DNA of 64,000 bases, taken from positions 23,312,001 to 23,376,000 of the forward strand of contig NW_027361687.1 of assembly GCF_039654945.1 (NCBI RefSeq). The letters run 5' to 3'. A program made the position numbers and the translations under genes. The notes under the pieces were generated by a model. It saw only the letters and a program-made list of their open reading frames with translations, did not search any database and had not been told where the DNA came from. Positions 12,170-24,265 of this stretch are shown in pieces. How positions within the stretch are numbered: position 1 is the stretch's first letter; the number at the start of each line of letters is the position of its first letter. This DNA comes from Dendrobates tinctorius. Lineage: Eukaryota.

Positions 12170-15100
12170 TGTGAGAATCATGTGGGAATAGTGGATGAGG
12201 GCAGGTATATCTCGCCCAGATTCCTTTCCTATGTGGCCTAATCTGGTCAGTATCACACCTGCTTGCTAATGAATAATGGGAGGTGGATATAAAAGGATGC
12301 CAGGTGGTTGTGTGAGTCTCTCAGCCTGGGAACACAGAGAGCCTGTCTGTGTGAGAGACACACGTGAGTGAAAGCAGTGCCCACTGCAACTATGGTTTGG
12401 CTGGACGGGAGAAGCCCGCCAGTTGGTAGTTAGGTTGTCCATTGTTTAGTTAGTGCTGGACAGGCAAGGATTTGTTTTATGTTTTATTTCCTTTTTGCAT
12501 TGCTTTCACCGTTAATAAACCTGACCCGGTGTCAGTTATACCCGAATCCCAGCTCTGCGCCTGAGTTTCATGCTGAACGCACGTGACCTTTGACCCCAGC
12601 AAAGGCGATCCCGGAGTGTTTTATCACATTGTGGTGGAGAACGCGGGCATCACGTTGCAGGGTAATGAAGGAGCTCTGCCGATTGTTACAAATCGAACTG
12701 CTACGCACATCCGTGTATCACCCTCAAACAGACGGGTTGGTCGAACGGTTCAATAAAACTCTGAAGCAGATGCTGAGAAAGGTGATAGACAAGGATGGGA
12801 AGAACTGGGACTATTTACTTCCGTATTTGCTTTTTGCCATCAGAGAAGTACCCCAGTCTTCCACGGGATTCTCACCTTTCGAGTTATTGTACGCCCGACG
12901 TCCTCGTGGACTGTTAGACGTTGCAAAAGAAACCTGGGAGGGTCAGGTCACTCCGTTTAAAACGGTGATAGATCACGTCACACAAATGCAGGACCGTGTT
13001 GCGGCTGTTATGCCTATCGTCAAAGAACACATGATGCAGGCTCAAGGAGCCCAAAAAAGAATCTATGATAGGGGCGCCAAGATCCGTACGTTTGCACCCG
13101 GAGATAGGGTATTGATCCTGGTCCCCACGGTGGACAGTAAGTTCCTGGCAAAGTGGCAGGGCCCCTTTGCGATTAAGGAAAGAGTTGGTGAAGTAAACTA
13201 CAAAGTATACCAGGCAGGTAAACGGAAACCTGAACAGATTTATCATGTAAATCTGATAAAACCCTGGAAAGATCGGTCTGCCTTGTCAGCGGAGCTGGCC
13301 CGTCCCGTCTGCTCGCATACCGTACCGGAGGTACGGGTTGCAGAGACTCTCTCGGAGCGGCAAAAGACTGAGGTCAGGCAGTTTCTACTTCACAACCAAA
13401 AGTTTTTCTCAGAAAAACCCGGGCAGACTATGCTAATGAAACATGACATCGTAACGGAACCTGGTGTCACAGTTCACGTAAAGCCCTACCGAATCCCGGA
13501 AGCGCGCCGTGAAGCCGTTTCCCGAGAAGTGAAGGCAATGTTAGAGTTAGGTGTCATTGAGGAATCGCACAGTGCGTGGTCCAGCCTGATTGTGCTAATT
13601 CCTAAACCGGACGGCACCATCCGGTTCTGCAATGACTTCAGGAAACTGAATGCGGTCTCAAAATTTGATGCCTACCATATGCCCCGGGTCGACGAGTTAA
13701 TAGATCGGTTAGGAAAAGCCCGATATATTACGACCCTAGACCTAACAAAGGGGTATTGGCAGATCCCTCTGGCAGAGGCAGCCAGAGAAAAGACGGCATT
13801 TGCTACCCCGGAAGGTCTATTTCAGTATGTGTATATGCCATTTGGACTGCACGGAGCACCGGCGACCTTCCAGAGACTGATGGATCGAGTCCTGTGGCCA
13901 CATAGGCAGTACGCTTCGGCCTATTTGGACGACATTGTCATTTACAGCTTGGACTGGGAGACTCATCTCCAGAAAGTACAAGCTGTATTTGACGACCTGT
14001 GGGAGGCAGGTCTAACCGCGAACCCCAAGAAATGTCACATCGGGCTAGAAGAATCCCGGTATTTGGGGTATGTAATTGGGAGGGGTGTTGTTAAACCCCA
14101 GGTTGATAAGATTCAGGCGGTTCAGGACTGGCCACAACCTGTCAACAAGAAGCAGGTGCAAGCCTTCCTGGGGATCGCCGGCTATTATCGCCGGTTCATA
14201 CCGAATTTTGCAGCCATCGCTACCCCCCCTGACAGATCTTACCAAAGGGAAAGACTCCGTCATGATTAAATGGAGTTTAGCGGCTGAAGAAGCCTTCCAT
14301 AGCCTAAAACGGGCATTTTGCTCTCAGCCCGTACTGGTGACTCCGGACTTCCGCAGCGAGTTTGTGGTACAAACGGATGCCTCTGATACCGGTATCGGGG
14401 CCGTACTCTCACAAGTGAGGGACGGAGTGGAACACCCAGTCCTCTATCTCAGCAGGAAGCTGAATAAACACGAGCAAAGGTATGCAGTCGTAGAAAAAGT
14501 GTGCCTCGCCATTAAGTGGGCTCTAGAGGCCCTCAAATATTACCTGGTGGGCCGAAAGTTCAGGCTGATCACTGACCATGCCCCTCTCAAGTGGATGCAC
14601 TTGAACAAGGAACGGAATAGCCGGGTGACCCCTTGGTTCCTTGCCCTGCAGGCCTACACTTTTACGGTGAAGCACCGCCCAGGGGTACAGATGGGGAATG
14701 CAGATACCCTGTCCCGAGTGCACTGTTTGGTGGGTGGCATTGCTCGACCGGAGTGGTCTGAGCAGAGGGGGGGGATATGTGAGAATCATGTGGGAATAGT
14801 GGATGAGGGCAGTTATATCTCGCCCAGATTCCTTTCCTATGTGGCCTAATCTGGTCAGTATCGCACCTGCTTGCTAATGAATAATGGGAGGTGGATATAA
14901 AAGGATGCCAGGTGGTTGTGTGAGTCTCTCAGCCTGGGAACACAGAGAGCCTGTCTGTGTGAGAGACACACGTGAGTGAAAGCAGTGCTCACTGCAACTA
15001 TGGTTTGGCTGGACGGGAGAAGCCCGCCAGTTGGTAGTTAGGTTGTCCATTGTTTAGTTAGTGCTGGACAGGCAAGGATTTGTTTTATGTTTTATTTCCT

Positions 15101-15236
15101 TTTTGCATTGCTTTCACCGTTAATAAACCTGACCCAGGGTCAGTTATACACGAATCCCAGCTCTGCGCCTGAGTTTCATGCTGAACGCACGTGACCTTTG
15201 ACCCCAGCAAAGGCAATCCCGGAGTGTTTTATCACA
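12170..15236 (+). mobile_element. Gmr1-like Gypsy LTR retrotransposon lacking gag and protease
   Basis: 459-bp LTRs at 12170-12628 and 14778-15236 (TG...CA, about 7 mismatches by eye). 4-bp TSD GTAT. PBS TGGTGGAGAACGCGGGCA at 12632-12649. Polypurine tract at ~14764-14777. Confidence 0.95.
12650..14849 (+). pseudogene. pol remnant in integrase-RT-RNase H order, one frameshift
   Basis: Integrase core SVYHPQTDGLVERFN and KWQGPF precede RT (LDLTKGYWQ, MPFGLHGAPATFQ, YLDD) and RNase H (QTDASDTGIGAVL, TDHAPL). Frameshift in the C-run at ~14223-14229. Confidence 0.93.
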
Positions 15237-15537
15237 GTATGTATATATGTATGTATGTGTGTATGTCCGGGATTGGCATCCGCACTGTCGCAGCTACAGC
15301 CACAAAATTTGGCACAGTCACACGTCTGGACCCAGAGAATGTCCTAGGCTATGTTGTGAGGTGAAATTTTAACCCCGCGCGTTCCAATTCACCAAACAAT
15401 TTTGCCCCTATCTACATAATGGGGAAAAAGTGTTTGTGTATCAAGCCCCGCCCCATATTATATCATAATGGTTGCCATGGCGACGCTGATGTCATCATAG
15501 GTTGCAAGCCCCGCCGCTCATTATGATGTCATAATGG

Positions 15538-16845
15538 TTGACTATGGGATGGAGGATATGTATGACAGGTATATGGGCACTGGACTATGGGATGGCGGAT
15601 ATGTATGATGGGTATATGGGCATGGGACTATGGGATGGAGGATATGTATGATGGGTATACGGGCACGGGACTATGGGATGGCGGACATGTATGATGGGTA
15701 TATGGGCACGGGACTATGAGATGAAGGATGTTTGATGGGTATATGGGCATGGGACTATGGGATGGATGATGTGTGATGGGTATATGGGCACTTGACTATG
15801 GGATGGAGGATATGTATGATGAGTATATGGGCACGGGACTATGGGATGGAGGATATGTATGATGGGTATATGGGCACGGGACTATGGGATGGAGGATATG
15901 TATGATGGGTATATGGGCACGGGACTATGGGATGGAGGATATGTATGATGGGTATATGGGCACGGGACTATGGGATGGCAGACATGTATGATGGGTATAT
16001 GGGCATGGGACTATGAGATGAAGGATGTTTGATGGGTATATGGGCATGGGACTATGGGATGGAAGATGTGTGATGGGTATATGGGCACTTGACTATGGGA
16101 TGGAGGATATGTATGATGGGGAAAAAGTGTGTGTATCAAGCCTCGCCCCTCATTATGATGTCATAATGGTTGCCATGGCGACGCTGATGTCATCATAGGT
16201 TGCAAGCCCCACCGCTCATTATGATGTCATAATGGTTGACTATGGGATGGAGGATGTGTGATGGGTATATGGGCACTGGACTATGGGATGGAGGACATGT
16301 ATGACGGGTATATGGGCACGGGACTATGGGATGAAGGATGTGTGATGGGTATATGGGCACTCGACTATGGGATGGCAAATATGTATGATGGGTATATGGG
16401 CAATCGACTATGGGATGGAGGATATGTATGATGGGTATATGGGCACGGGACTATGGGATGGAGGATGTGTGATGGGTATATGGGCACTGGACTATGGGAT
16501 GGAGGATATGTATGATGGGTATATGGGCACAGGACTAAGGGATGGCGGATATGTATGATGGGTATATGGGCACGGGACTATGGGATGGAGGATATGTATG
16601 ATGAGTATATGGGCATGGGACTATGAGATGAAGGATGTGTGATGGGTATATGGGCACTCGACTATGGGATGGCGAATATGTATGATGGGTATATGGGCAT
16701 GGGACTATGGGATGGAGGATGTGTGATGGGTATATGGGCACTCTACTATGGGATGGAGGATGTGTGATGGGTATATGGGCACGGGACTATGGGATGGAGG
16801 ATATGTATGACGGGTATATGGGCACGGGACTATGGTATGGAGGAT
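15538..16845. repeat. ~43-bp minisatellite (GGGACTATGGGATGGAGGATATGTATGATGGGTATATGGGCAC) inside the Helitron
   Basis: Direct tandem copies with shorter variants, in two blocks separated by a duplicated unique segment (15418-15540 vs 16116-16240). Confidence 0.95.
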
Positions 16846-16942
16846 AATTATAATTTGCTATAACTAACCACAGGTAGTTACTATGCCCGGGCAGCGCCGG
16901 GCTCTTCAGCTAGTAATTCTATATTATGTGTGTTAATATATA

Positions 16943-17130
16943 TCTAATATATAATGCTCAATGTGTGTGTGTATGTATGTGTGTATGTCCGGGATTGGCA
17001 TCTGCACTGTCGCAGCTACAGCCACAAAATTTTGCACAGTCACACATCTGGACCCCGAGAGCATCATAGGCTATGTTGTGAGGCGAAATTTTAACCCCGC
17101 GCATTCCAATTCACCAAACAATTTTGCCTA
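16943..17130 (+). mobile_element. Second, 3'-truncated copy of the same Helitron 5' end
   Basis: TCTAATATATAATGCTCAA...GTCCGGGATTGGCATC...TTTTGCC matches 12133-12169 joined to 15241-15407. Confidence 0.8.
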
Positions 17131-17675
17131 TTCTTATCATTTCTATGGTGTTATCGTCCTTCTGTAAAGCTGGAAATAACACAATTTATTACTGTGCCAA
17201 CACAGACCACCCTCTGACACAGACTGCAGGGGAAGCCCAAGAAAAAAGAGGGGGAGAAGCCAGCGCTGCTTGTGGTCAGAACGTAATACATAAAGTGTGA
17301 AAACACACATTGGTTTCTATCTGTATTCAAAAATGAGACATTTAGCAAAAAATTGATCAATAGTTTGAGCTACCCCGCCACGTCAAGGCAGTCTCGTATG
17401 GGGAGTCCTACTCTACGTTTTTTATGTTCGCTGTGCCATTGCGGCCTCCTAAATGCATAAAAGCAAGACCTCATTACATGCACACTGTACCTCAAGCATA
17501 ACAGAATCGCTCCTATGGCACCAGAGAGGACAAGCGCAGATAAAGGCTAGCCAGGTCCATGCAGACATTTCAGGTCCAACCTCCACACTGCCTGACCAGC
17601 ACCACAGATAAAGGACGATCCAGGCCCAGATACAGGTGCGTAATCAAATAAAGCCTAGGGCAGGGCAGGGCCGCT

Positions 17676-18091
17676 GTTAATGTGAACAGAAGCCTAGATC
17701 AATCACTAAGATCTCTGATTTTGTGACGCCACAGCGATCTCGCTGTTTGTGACACACATCAGCGACCAGGCCCCCTGCCGGGTATCGCTGATCGTGCAGG
17801 ATCGTCCTGGGCCATTTTTTGATCGTTGCTCTCCCGCTGGCCAGCACGCATCGCTGGGTGTGGCAGCGGGAGCCAATGATCAGCAAGCTCCCAGCGCTGT
17901 AAGCAGGCACTGGGAGCTGGTATCTAAGGTACACATCTGGTAACTAAGTGACGCGCGCCGCTTAGTAACCCGATATTTACCTTAGATACCAGCGTCCTCA
18001 CTGGTGCTGATCGCTGGTGAAGCTGCCTGTTTGACAAGGTCATATCGTTGTCGGGATCGCTGGTGCATCTTTATGTGTAACGGTACCCTTA
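17676..18091. mobile_element. Harbinger-type MITE (AGCGAT-rich family)
   Basis: Shares GTCGTATCGCTGGTCGGATCGCTGGTGCATC-like sequence with 9406-9799. Ends ...TGTAACGGTACCCTTA. Confidence 0.6.
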
Positions 18092-18363
18092 CTCATAGTG
18101 AACACAGGAGCCCTTGGCCTCACTAAAGCTTCTATGTATGAGAGAGATGGTCAAGACAGCTACTGGCCAAACCGCCATTCATCAACAGTCATCTAATGTG
18201 TATGGCCAAACAATCCCATTACATATGTTTTATTGTTTTTTCTCTCATCTATAAGATATGTCAAATAAAATGACTAATAATAGTTTTTTTTCTCCAGGAA
18301 AAGTAACTCGTACACTTTGCTAGCAATCAAAATGACATCCTTGCTCTTAATGTCCTATAACAG

Positions 18364-18453
18364 GAGGAGCTGCGGGATGAAGCTGCGGAGCCCGACATTG
18401 ATATTGATGATTTACTTGAGCTGTCATTTGAGGAGAAAAAATCTAGACTTCAG
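18364..18453 (+). CDS. PPP1R14D: Protein phosphatase 1 inhibitor (PPP1R14/CPI-17 family), coding exon 2
   Basis: cag|...|gtactg, 90 nt, phase 0-0. Translates EELRDEAAEPDIDIDDLLELSFEEKKSRLQ (family motif EIDIDDLL). Paralog assigned by position next to ZFYVE19. Confidence 0.85.
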
Positions 18454-18679
18454 GTACTGGATCTATAGTTTATATAACAAAATGAGATTATTTCCAAATC
18501 CAAACTATTTTAGTAATAATACTATGTGAGATTGACTCCTTGGCTACAAGAAGTTATTTAGGGGTGAGAAAATGTAATGTTATAGTCAGCGAGCTGTTGG
18601 AATTTGCTCATCAAGTTCTGTGCATCAGACGTTACAGACAAGGAGGCTGGCTGAGCTATGGAAATAAGTAAGCCACTCT

Positions 18680-19642
18680 ACTTATACGCCACCTTCCTTA
18701 TATGCCATCCTCCTTATAAGGCATCCTTCTTATAAGGCATGCTTTTTATAAGCCATAATCCTTATAAGCCATCTTCCTTATAAGCCATGAACCTTAAGCT
18801 CCATCCTCCTTATACGCCTTCCTCCTTACACGCCATCCTCCCTAAACTCCATCCTCCTTTATAAGCCATCCTTCTTATACGCCATCCTCCTTATACACCA
18901 TTCTCCTTATATGCCTGCCTCCTTAAACTCCATACTCTTTATACACCTTCCTCCTTAAACTCCATCCTCCTTATACGCCACCATCCTTATAAGCCATGAT
19001 CCTTATACGCCATCCTCCTTATAAGCCATCATTCTTATAAGTCATCCTCCTTATACATCAAGCCTCCTTAAATTCCATCTTCCTTAAATTCCATCCTCCT
19101 TAAACTCCATCCCCCTTATACGCCATCTTCCTCATATGCCAACCTCCTTATATGCCTTCCTCCTCATACGCCATCTTCCTCATACGCCATCTTCCTTTTA
19201 CGGCATCCTTCTTATACGTCATACTCCTTATGCGCCATCCTCCTTATGCGCCATCCTTCTTATAAGTCATCCTCCTTATACGCCTTCCTCCTTATAAGCC
19301 ATCTTCCTCATACGGCATCCTTCTTATACGTCATTCTCCTTATGCGCCATCCTCCTTATGCGCCATCCTTCTTATAAGTCATCCTCCTTATACGCCTTCC
19401 TCCTAATAAGCCATCTTCCTCATACGCCATCCTTCTTATACGTCATTCTCCTTATAAGCCATCCTCCTTAAACTCCATCCTCCTTAAACTCCATCCTCCT
19501 TAGATGCCATCTTCCTCATATGCCAACCTCCTTATATGCCTTCCTCCTCATACGCCATCCTTCTTATACGCCTTCCTCCTTATAAGCCATCTTCCTCATA
19601 CGCCATCCTTCTTATACGTCATTCTCCTTATGCGCCATCCTT
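18680..19642. repeat. ~16-bp pyrimidine-rich minisatellite (TTATACGCCATCCTCC)
   Basis: Degenerate tandem copies read directly, in PPP1R14D intron 2. Confidence 0.92.
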
Positions 19643-20442
19643 TCTTGTATTGGAAATTAGCTGGAACTGGATCTGCCGATGCTTATATTTTGAGATCGGA
19701 ACAACTTTCTTAAAGGGATTATTCCCATCTGCACAGATGGATATTGTCAGATAGAGCTTGTAAATAAAAGCACTTTTGCAATTTACTGCTTATAATTGAA
19801 ATCTGCAGCTATTCTTGAGATATTAACACTTTTCTTTAGTTTAAGGCCAGTTGCCTAGGAGACCGACCACTTCTGAACCGATGCTAGCCGGGATTAGGAG
19901 CTAACAGTGTGCTCCAGTGATCCTGACCAGCTTCAGAGGAATGCTTACAAGCTTAATAGGAATAGAACACATATAGGCCACTACTGCTTCCTCACAGCAG
20001 TGGTTGGTCTCATATACCTTGAGCTATAAACAAAAGTTTTAATATCTCTAAAACGTCTGCAAATTTTAATAACCAATAAATTGAAAAGTTGTTTGTATTT
20101 ACAAACTCTGTACAACAATACACATCTATGAAGATGAAAACAGCCATTAAAAGGAGTACCCTGGCTACTTACCCTCCCTGGGTCTAACACTGACTCCATA
20201 CCACTGCGCCTGGCGACTTATTATCTGTCATGCTGATGACAATAACTGAGCTAGAGTAGACAGCATGACCTGCTGAGCTCACTGATTGGCTGTCAACATG
20301 ATGCCAGCACTGCATATAGTAATGGGAGTAGCAGAGACTCAGCACTGGATCTGGGGTGAGTAAAGCACAGTTTAATAGCTCAAAAAAAGACGTTGTTCGC
20401 CTTTATATGTGCCTGATCACTAGTTTATATTTTTATCCTCAG

Positions 20443-20475
20443 GACATCCTTCAGGAGTGTACCAGACCTTCAGAA
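20443..20475 (+). CDS. PPP1R14D: PPP1R14D coding exon 3
   Basis: ttttatcctcag|...|gtgagt, 33 nt. Translates DILQECTRPSE, matching the short third exon of the family. Confidence 0.85.
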
Positions 20476-21736
20476 GTGAGTATCACAGGCCATCAGAAAG
20501 CAAAATAATATTACAGCACTAGAGCCTTAAGCCAAGTTCACACAAGCTTAAAATAAAAAATACGGCACATTTTTTATCCAGATTTTTTTTTACCTTTTTT
20601 TGTAAACATCAATGGTGAATAAAATTTACAATACCAAATACACATTCCTAAGTTAATAATTTTGATATATACCGATGAAGCAGATGGGATCTGATTGTAC
20701 TTTTTTGCACACCCATAGACTTCTGAAATCTGTAATAGAAGTCCAATCTGTGATTTTTTTTTTTTTTTTTAACACAGACATTTGGTCCCTGTGAAAGAAC
20801 GGTCATTGGAAAAGCCCAATTGACTAACATCGGTCCAAGTGCCGTCAGTTTGAGATTAGTTTTTGTTTCATGGACAGTACAAACAAGAACTTAGGAAAAA
20901 GAAAAGGTGCTACGAAAGCTTCCTATCACTCAGTAAAACTGAGCAGCCGGGGAGTAATGCCCTGAATACTATTGCTAAGATTTCCAGTTGTATGATATAT
21001 ATGGTATTGTCTTGTCTGCTGTCATACATTGTGATTTTTTTTTGCATCAATTTATTGTAATTTTACAGTATTTGGCAAAATTGTTGCGGTTGTATGCTAC
21101 GTTGATCACAGCAAAAAAAAAAACTGCAACATGTGAACACTGCCTTAAAGATGCATTTACACGTACCAACATTCCGGAATTCATTAACACGCTTACAACC
21201 ACCTGGAAAACAAGCAAAATGCTTGCTTATCAGGAAACTGGACCGTTTATACCAGCAGAATAACAACTTGATACAGTATAGGGACTGAACTCTCGGGTTA
21301 AAAATTGTTCTGTACTTGTGTTGGCGAGAATGAATTTGTAGGACCCTGGTCCATTGGCCATGTCAGTAATCTGTGGCCGCTGGACAGTAGCCCGTAGAGC
21401 CACATCTTTCTTGACGGTATTCCCAGCTCTTTTTTAGGCCGGGTTCAGTGCAACATCATTGTTGCGGAGTGATGCACATTTGATGGTAAGCCGTCAGGTA
21501 AGAGGCTGTTCTCATGGCTCCCGTCCGGCGGCCATAGATTAGTGATGTGGCTGATGAAACAGATTCTTTAGGCTCATTTCCCACCAACTCTATTCTGCTC
21601 CCATCAGTAATATGTCAACTGCCAGTAAATGATCACCAATCAACCTGTTAATAGACAATTGGCGCTTGTGAACAGCCCAAAATCAGACCCTCTGAATTGA
21701 TCATTTGTCACATAGAGTTGAACAAATCTAACTGTA

Positions 21737-22003
21737 GGGAGGCACGGTGCCTCAGTTTTTAGCACTGCAGCCTAGCAGCGCTGGGGCCCTGGGTTCAAAT
21801 CCCACCAAGGACAATATCTGCAGGGAGTTTGTATGTTCTCCCCGTGTTTGCGTGGGTTTTCTCCGGGTACTCCAAGTTCCTTCTACATTCCAAAGACATA
21901 CTGATAGGGAATTTAGATTGTGAGCTCCATCGGGGACAGTGCCAATTATGTCTGTAAAGCGCTGTGGAATTAATGGCGCTATATAAATGAGTAAAATAAA
22001 TAA
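21737..22003 (+). mobile_element. tRNA-derived SINE
   Basis: A-box-like GGTGCCTCAGT, B box GGTTCAAATCC, A-rich tail. Reverse-complement match to 10198-10472. Confidence 0.85.
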
Positions 22004-22256
22004 ACTGTAGAAGAAACCTGTGGTGAAACGCGCATCGAGGTGTGGAGATGCCACTCTTGGTCGTTACCTCTTTTCACCTTACAGGTATTTTTTACTATGA
22101 CACTTATAGCCATGTCTGTACTCCTTCCTCACAGTTAGATATTAGAATTTATAAAAATGTGATTTTATCATAATGGACCTCTTCATTTTTGCTTTACAAA
22201 TCTAACTCTGTAGATGAATTTGCGATAAGGATGCTAAATCAGATTCTCTATTCTAG

Positions 22257-22325
22257 GAATTTATCCTGGAGCTGCTGGAACGTCTAAAAGGATTGCGGAA
22301 AATATCAGACTTACAGCACAAATGA
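22257..22325 (+). CDS. PPP1R14D: PPP1R14D last coding exon
   Basis: tattctag| then EFILELLERLKGLRKISDLQHK*. Candidate AATAAA at 22695-22700. Confidence 0.85.
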   Translation, partial: EFILELLERLKGLRKISDLQHK

Positions 22326-24265
22326 CTGAAGATTAGGGTCAAATTATAGACAGGGGGATCAGCAGTGCATTATTTTATGGTGCCGTCCTATTGATAAACC
22401 ACAAGATGTTACAAAGAAGGACAGGAATCTGTGTATGGCCAATACCGTGAGGTTCCCATCAGTATTTCCGATGTCACTATCCTATACTACTGTATATCAA
22501 TACTACTGATCTGAAGCCAGTCAGGCCGAACCACCCTGGTTTAAGCATCGTTTGTCGACTGCATAATGATATGTTTCATCTTAAAGTTTATTTAAGGGGC
22601 TACGGTAACACGATACTAAAAAGCTCGAGGGTTTGTTCACACTCTGCTGACATGTCGCACTGTCTTGCATTGATTTTGAGGACTGCATTGTCTAAATAAA
22701 CCCCCAAATTAATTTTAGATTAGAAACCAGAACTTTGTATCCGGAGTAGAATGGCGCAGAGCCAAATATAAGCTTACCAACGAGCCACCCTGTGACTGCT
22801 ATGGATCCACCAGAAAAGAAGGTCTCATTCCCCCCCGCCCCCCCGCCCATCCCTTTTGCCTTAGGGCGATGAGGACCTGTGCCGAAATCCTTCTTCATAG
22901 GAACTACATTGAAACGCTAAAGCGCATTGAGTAGGGGGACAATCATCAGGACTTTCTGCCCCTGCGGGTTAGAACCATAATGAAGGATCTGGTTTGGTTT
23001 TTCAGTCCTGGTTAAGGGCAAAGATAGTGCAATTTTTGGGAAAAAGTATCCAATTTTTTTTAATATGAACAGTAGCATCGCTCCCTGGAAAGTAGATGGG
23101 CAGGTAGGATTTCACAGACGTTCCAACTTGTGCTAGTAAAAACAGAAATTTGTTGAAAGCAATTAATGTATTAAAATTTCTTAAAGCATTACTCACTGTG
23201 TCAGTCACTGACAGTGCACTCGGCAGTAATAGGAGAATTAGTAACTGGAATTACTGGAGAAAGGGAGCCATTACTAACAGATTCCATTCTCCATGCCCAT
23301 GATCAGGTCAGAATGTTAGATAGGTCAATGCCAGGGAGGAATTGTCAAAAGCTAAACTACATGGTGGTCTAGGAGCTTATTACTGCATACATTTAAAGGG
23401 AAGCTATTGTCAGAAAAAGACTCATTCTATCAATTTTTTTTGTGTGTTGCAGGTATACATTTCAAAATATTTATTTAAAAAAAATTGTAATTTTGCAATT
23501 TTCACACTGGCAGTTTAGGCTGTCCTATCAGGAAGGATTTTCATCAGTCTCCTTATCAGCAGAGGTGTGATTTCAATGAGAGGTATGTGTACATAGCCTT
23601 GTCAGGTAGTCATCAGTTAGAACAGATCCAGAAGCAATCTATTAACAAATAAATAGTGCAGACAACCTTTTTGCCCAGCAACAAAAAAAAAAAAAAAAAT
23701 TCAGCTTGATCCGTATTTTTAACATTGAAGTCTATGCAAACCTGATCTGTTAAATAGCCAGTCAGTTTTGTGACATTGGAAACTAATCCAGTAAAGAAAA
23801 AAAAAAAAAAAAAAAAAAACCAGATCCTTTTCAAGTGAAGGAAAAACTGATGCCTATGGAAAACTTTTTTGTTGATGGATTGCTACTGGATCCATTTTAA
23901 ACGGTGGTTACTGGATATATGAACATAGACCAACACAGGTGATATCGCAGCCGACTTTGCTTCCCCTATTTTCACAATTACGTTTGCACACGCTCATTAG
24001 ATACTTCAGTACAAAAGATTTGTGACTATGTTCATGTGTTGTTTCCTGAAACAGGAAGTTAAAAAATAAAAGAGCCCTAGTAGCCAGTTTGAAAATTGCA
24101 AGATTTCTATATTTTTTTTCAACAAAGGAAGAATTCCAATGAGAGGAAACACATCTACATAAAGCTTATGATGTTGAATCACAACAGGCAATTTCACAGC
24201 TGACCCTGCTCCCTTCACAATGATGATTGCTCCTTAGATTCTTCAATACAAAAGATAGTGTCTTG

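Larger units (their letters stand above)
12133..16913 (+). mobile_element. Non-autonomous Helitron carrying a minisatellite, interrupted by an LTR element
   Basis: A|TC 5' end at 12133. 3' GC hairpin GCCCGGGCAGCGCCGGGC (16885-16902) followed by CTAG|T at 16910-16914. No TSD. Confidence 0.8.

Noticed and set aside
15538-16845. CRISPR-like periodic array
   Set aside because: There are no unique spacers, the context is eukaryotic and there are no cas genes. It is a simple tandem repeat.
17360-17460. HDV-like or twister ribozyme
   Set aside because: The required pseudoknot pairings and conserved loop residues could not be assigned on either strand.
21737-21810. tRNA gene
   Set aside because: The A/B boxes belong to a SINE head followed by SINE body and tail. 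There is no full cloverleaf.
22004-22040. Third hammerhead-like motif (CTGTAGAAG...GAAACGCG)
   Set aside because: The CUGANGA core is broken and the stems are weak. At most it is a Penelope remnant.
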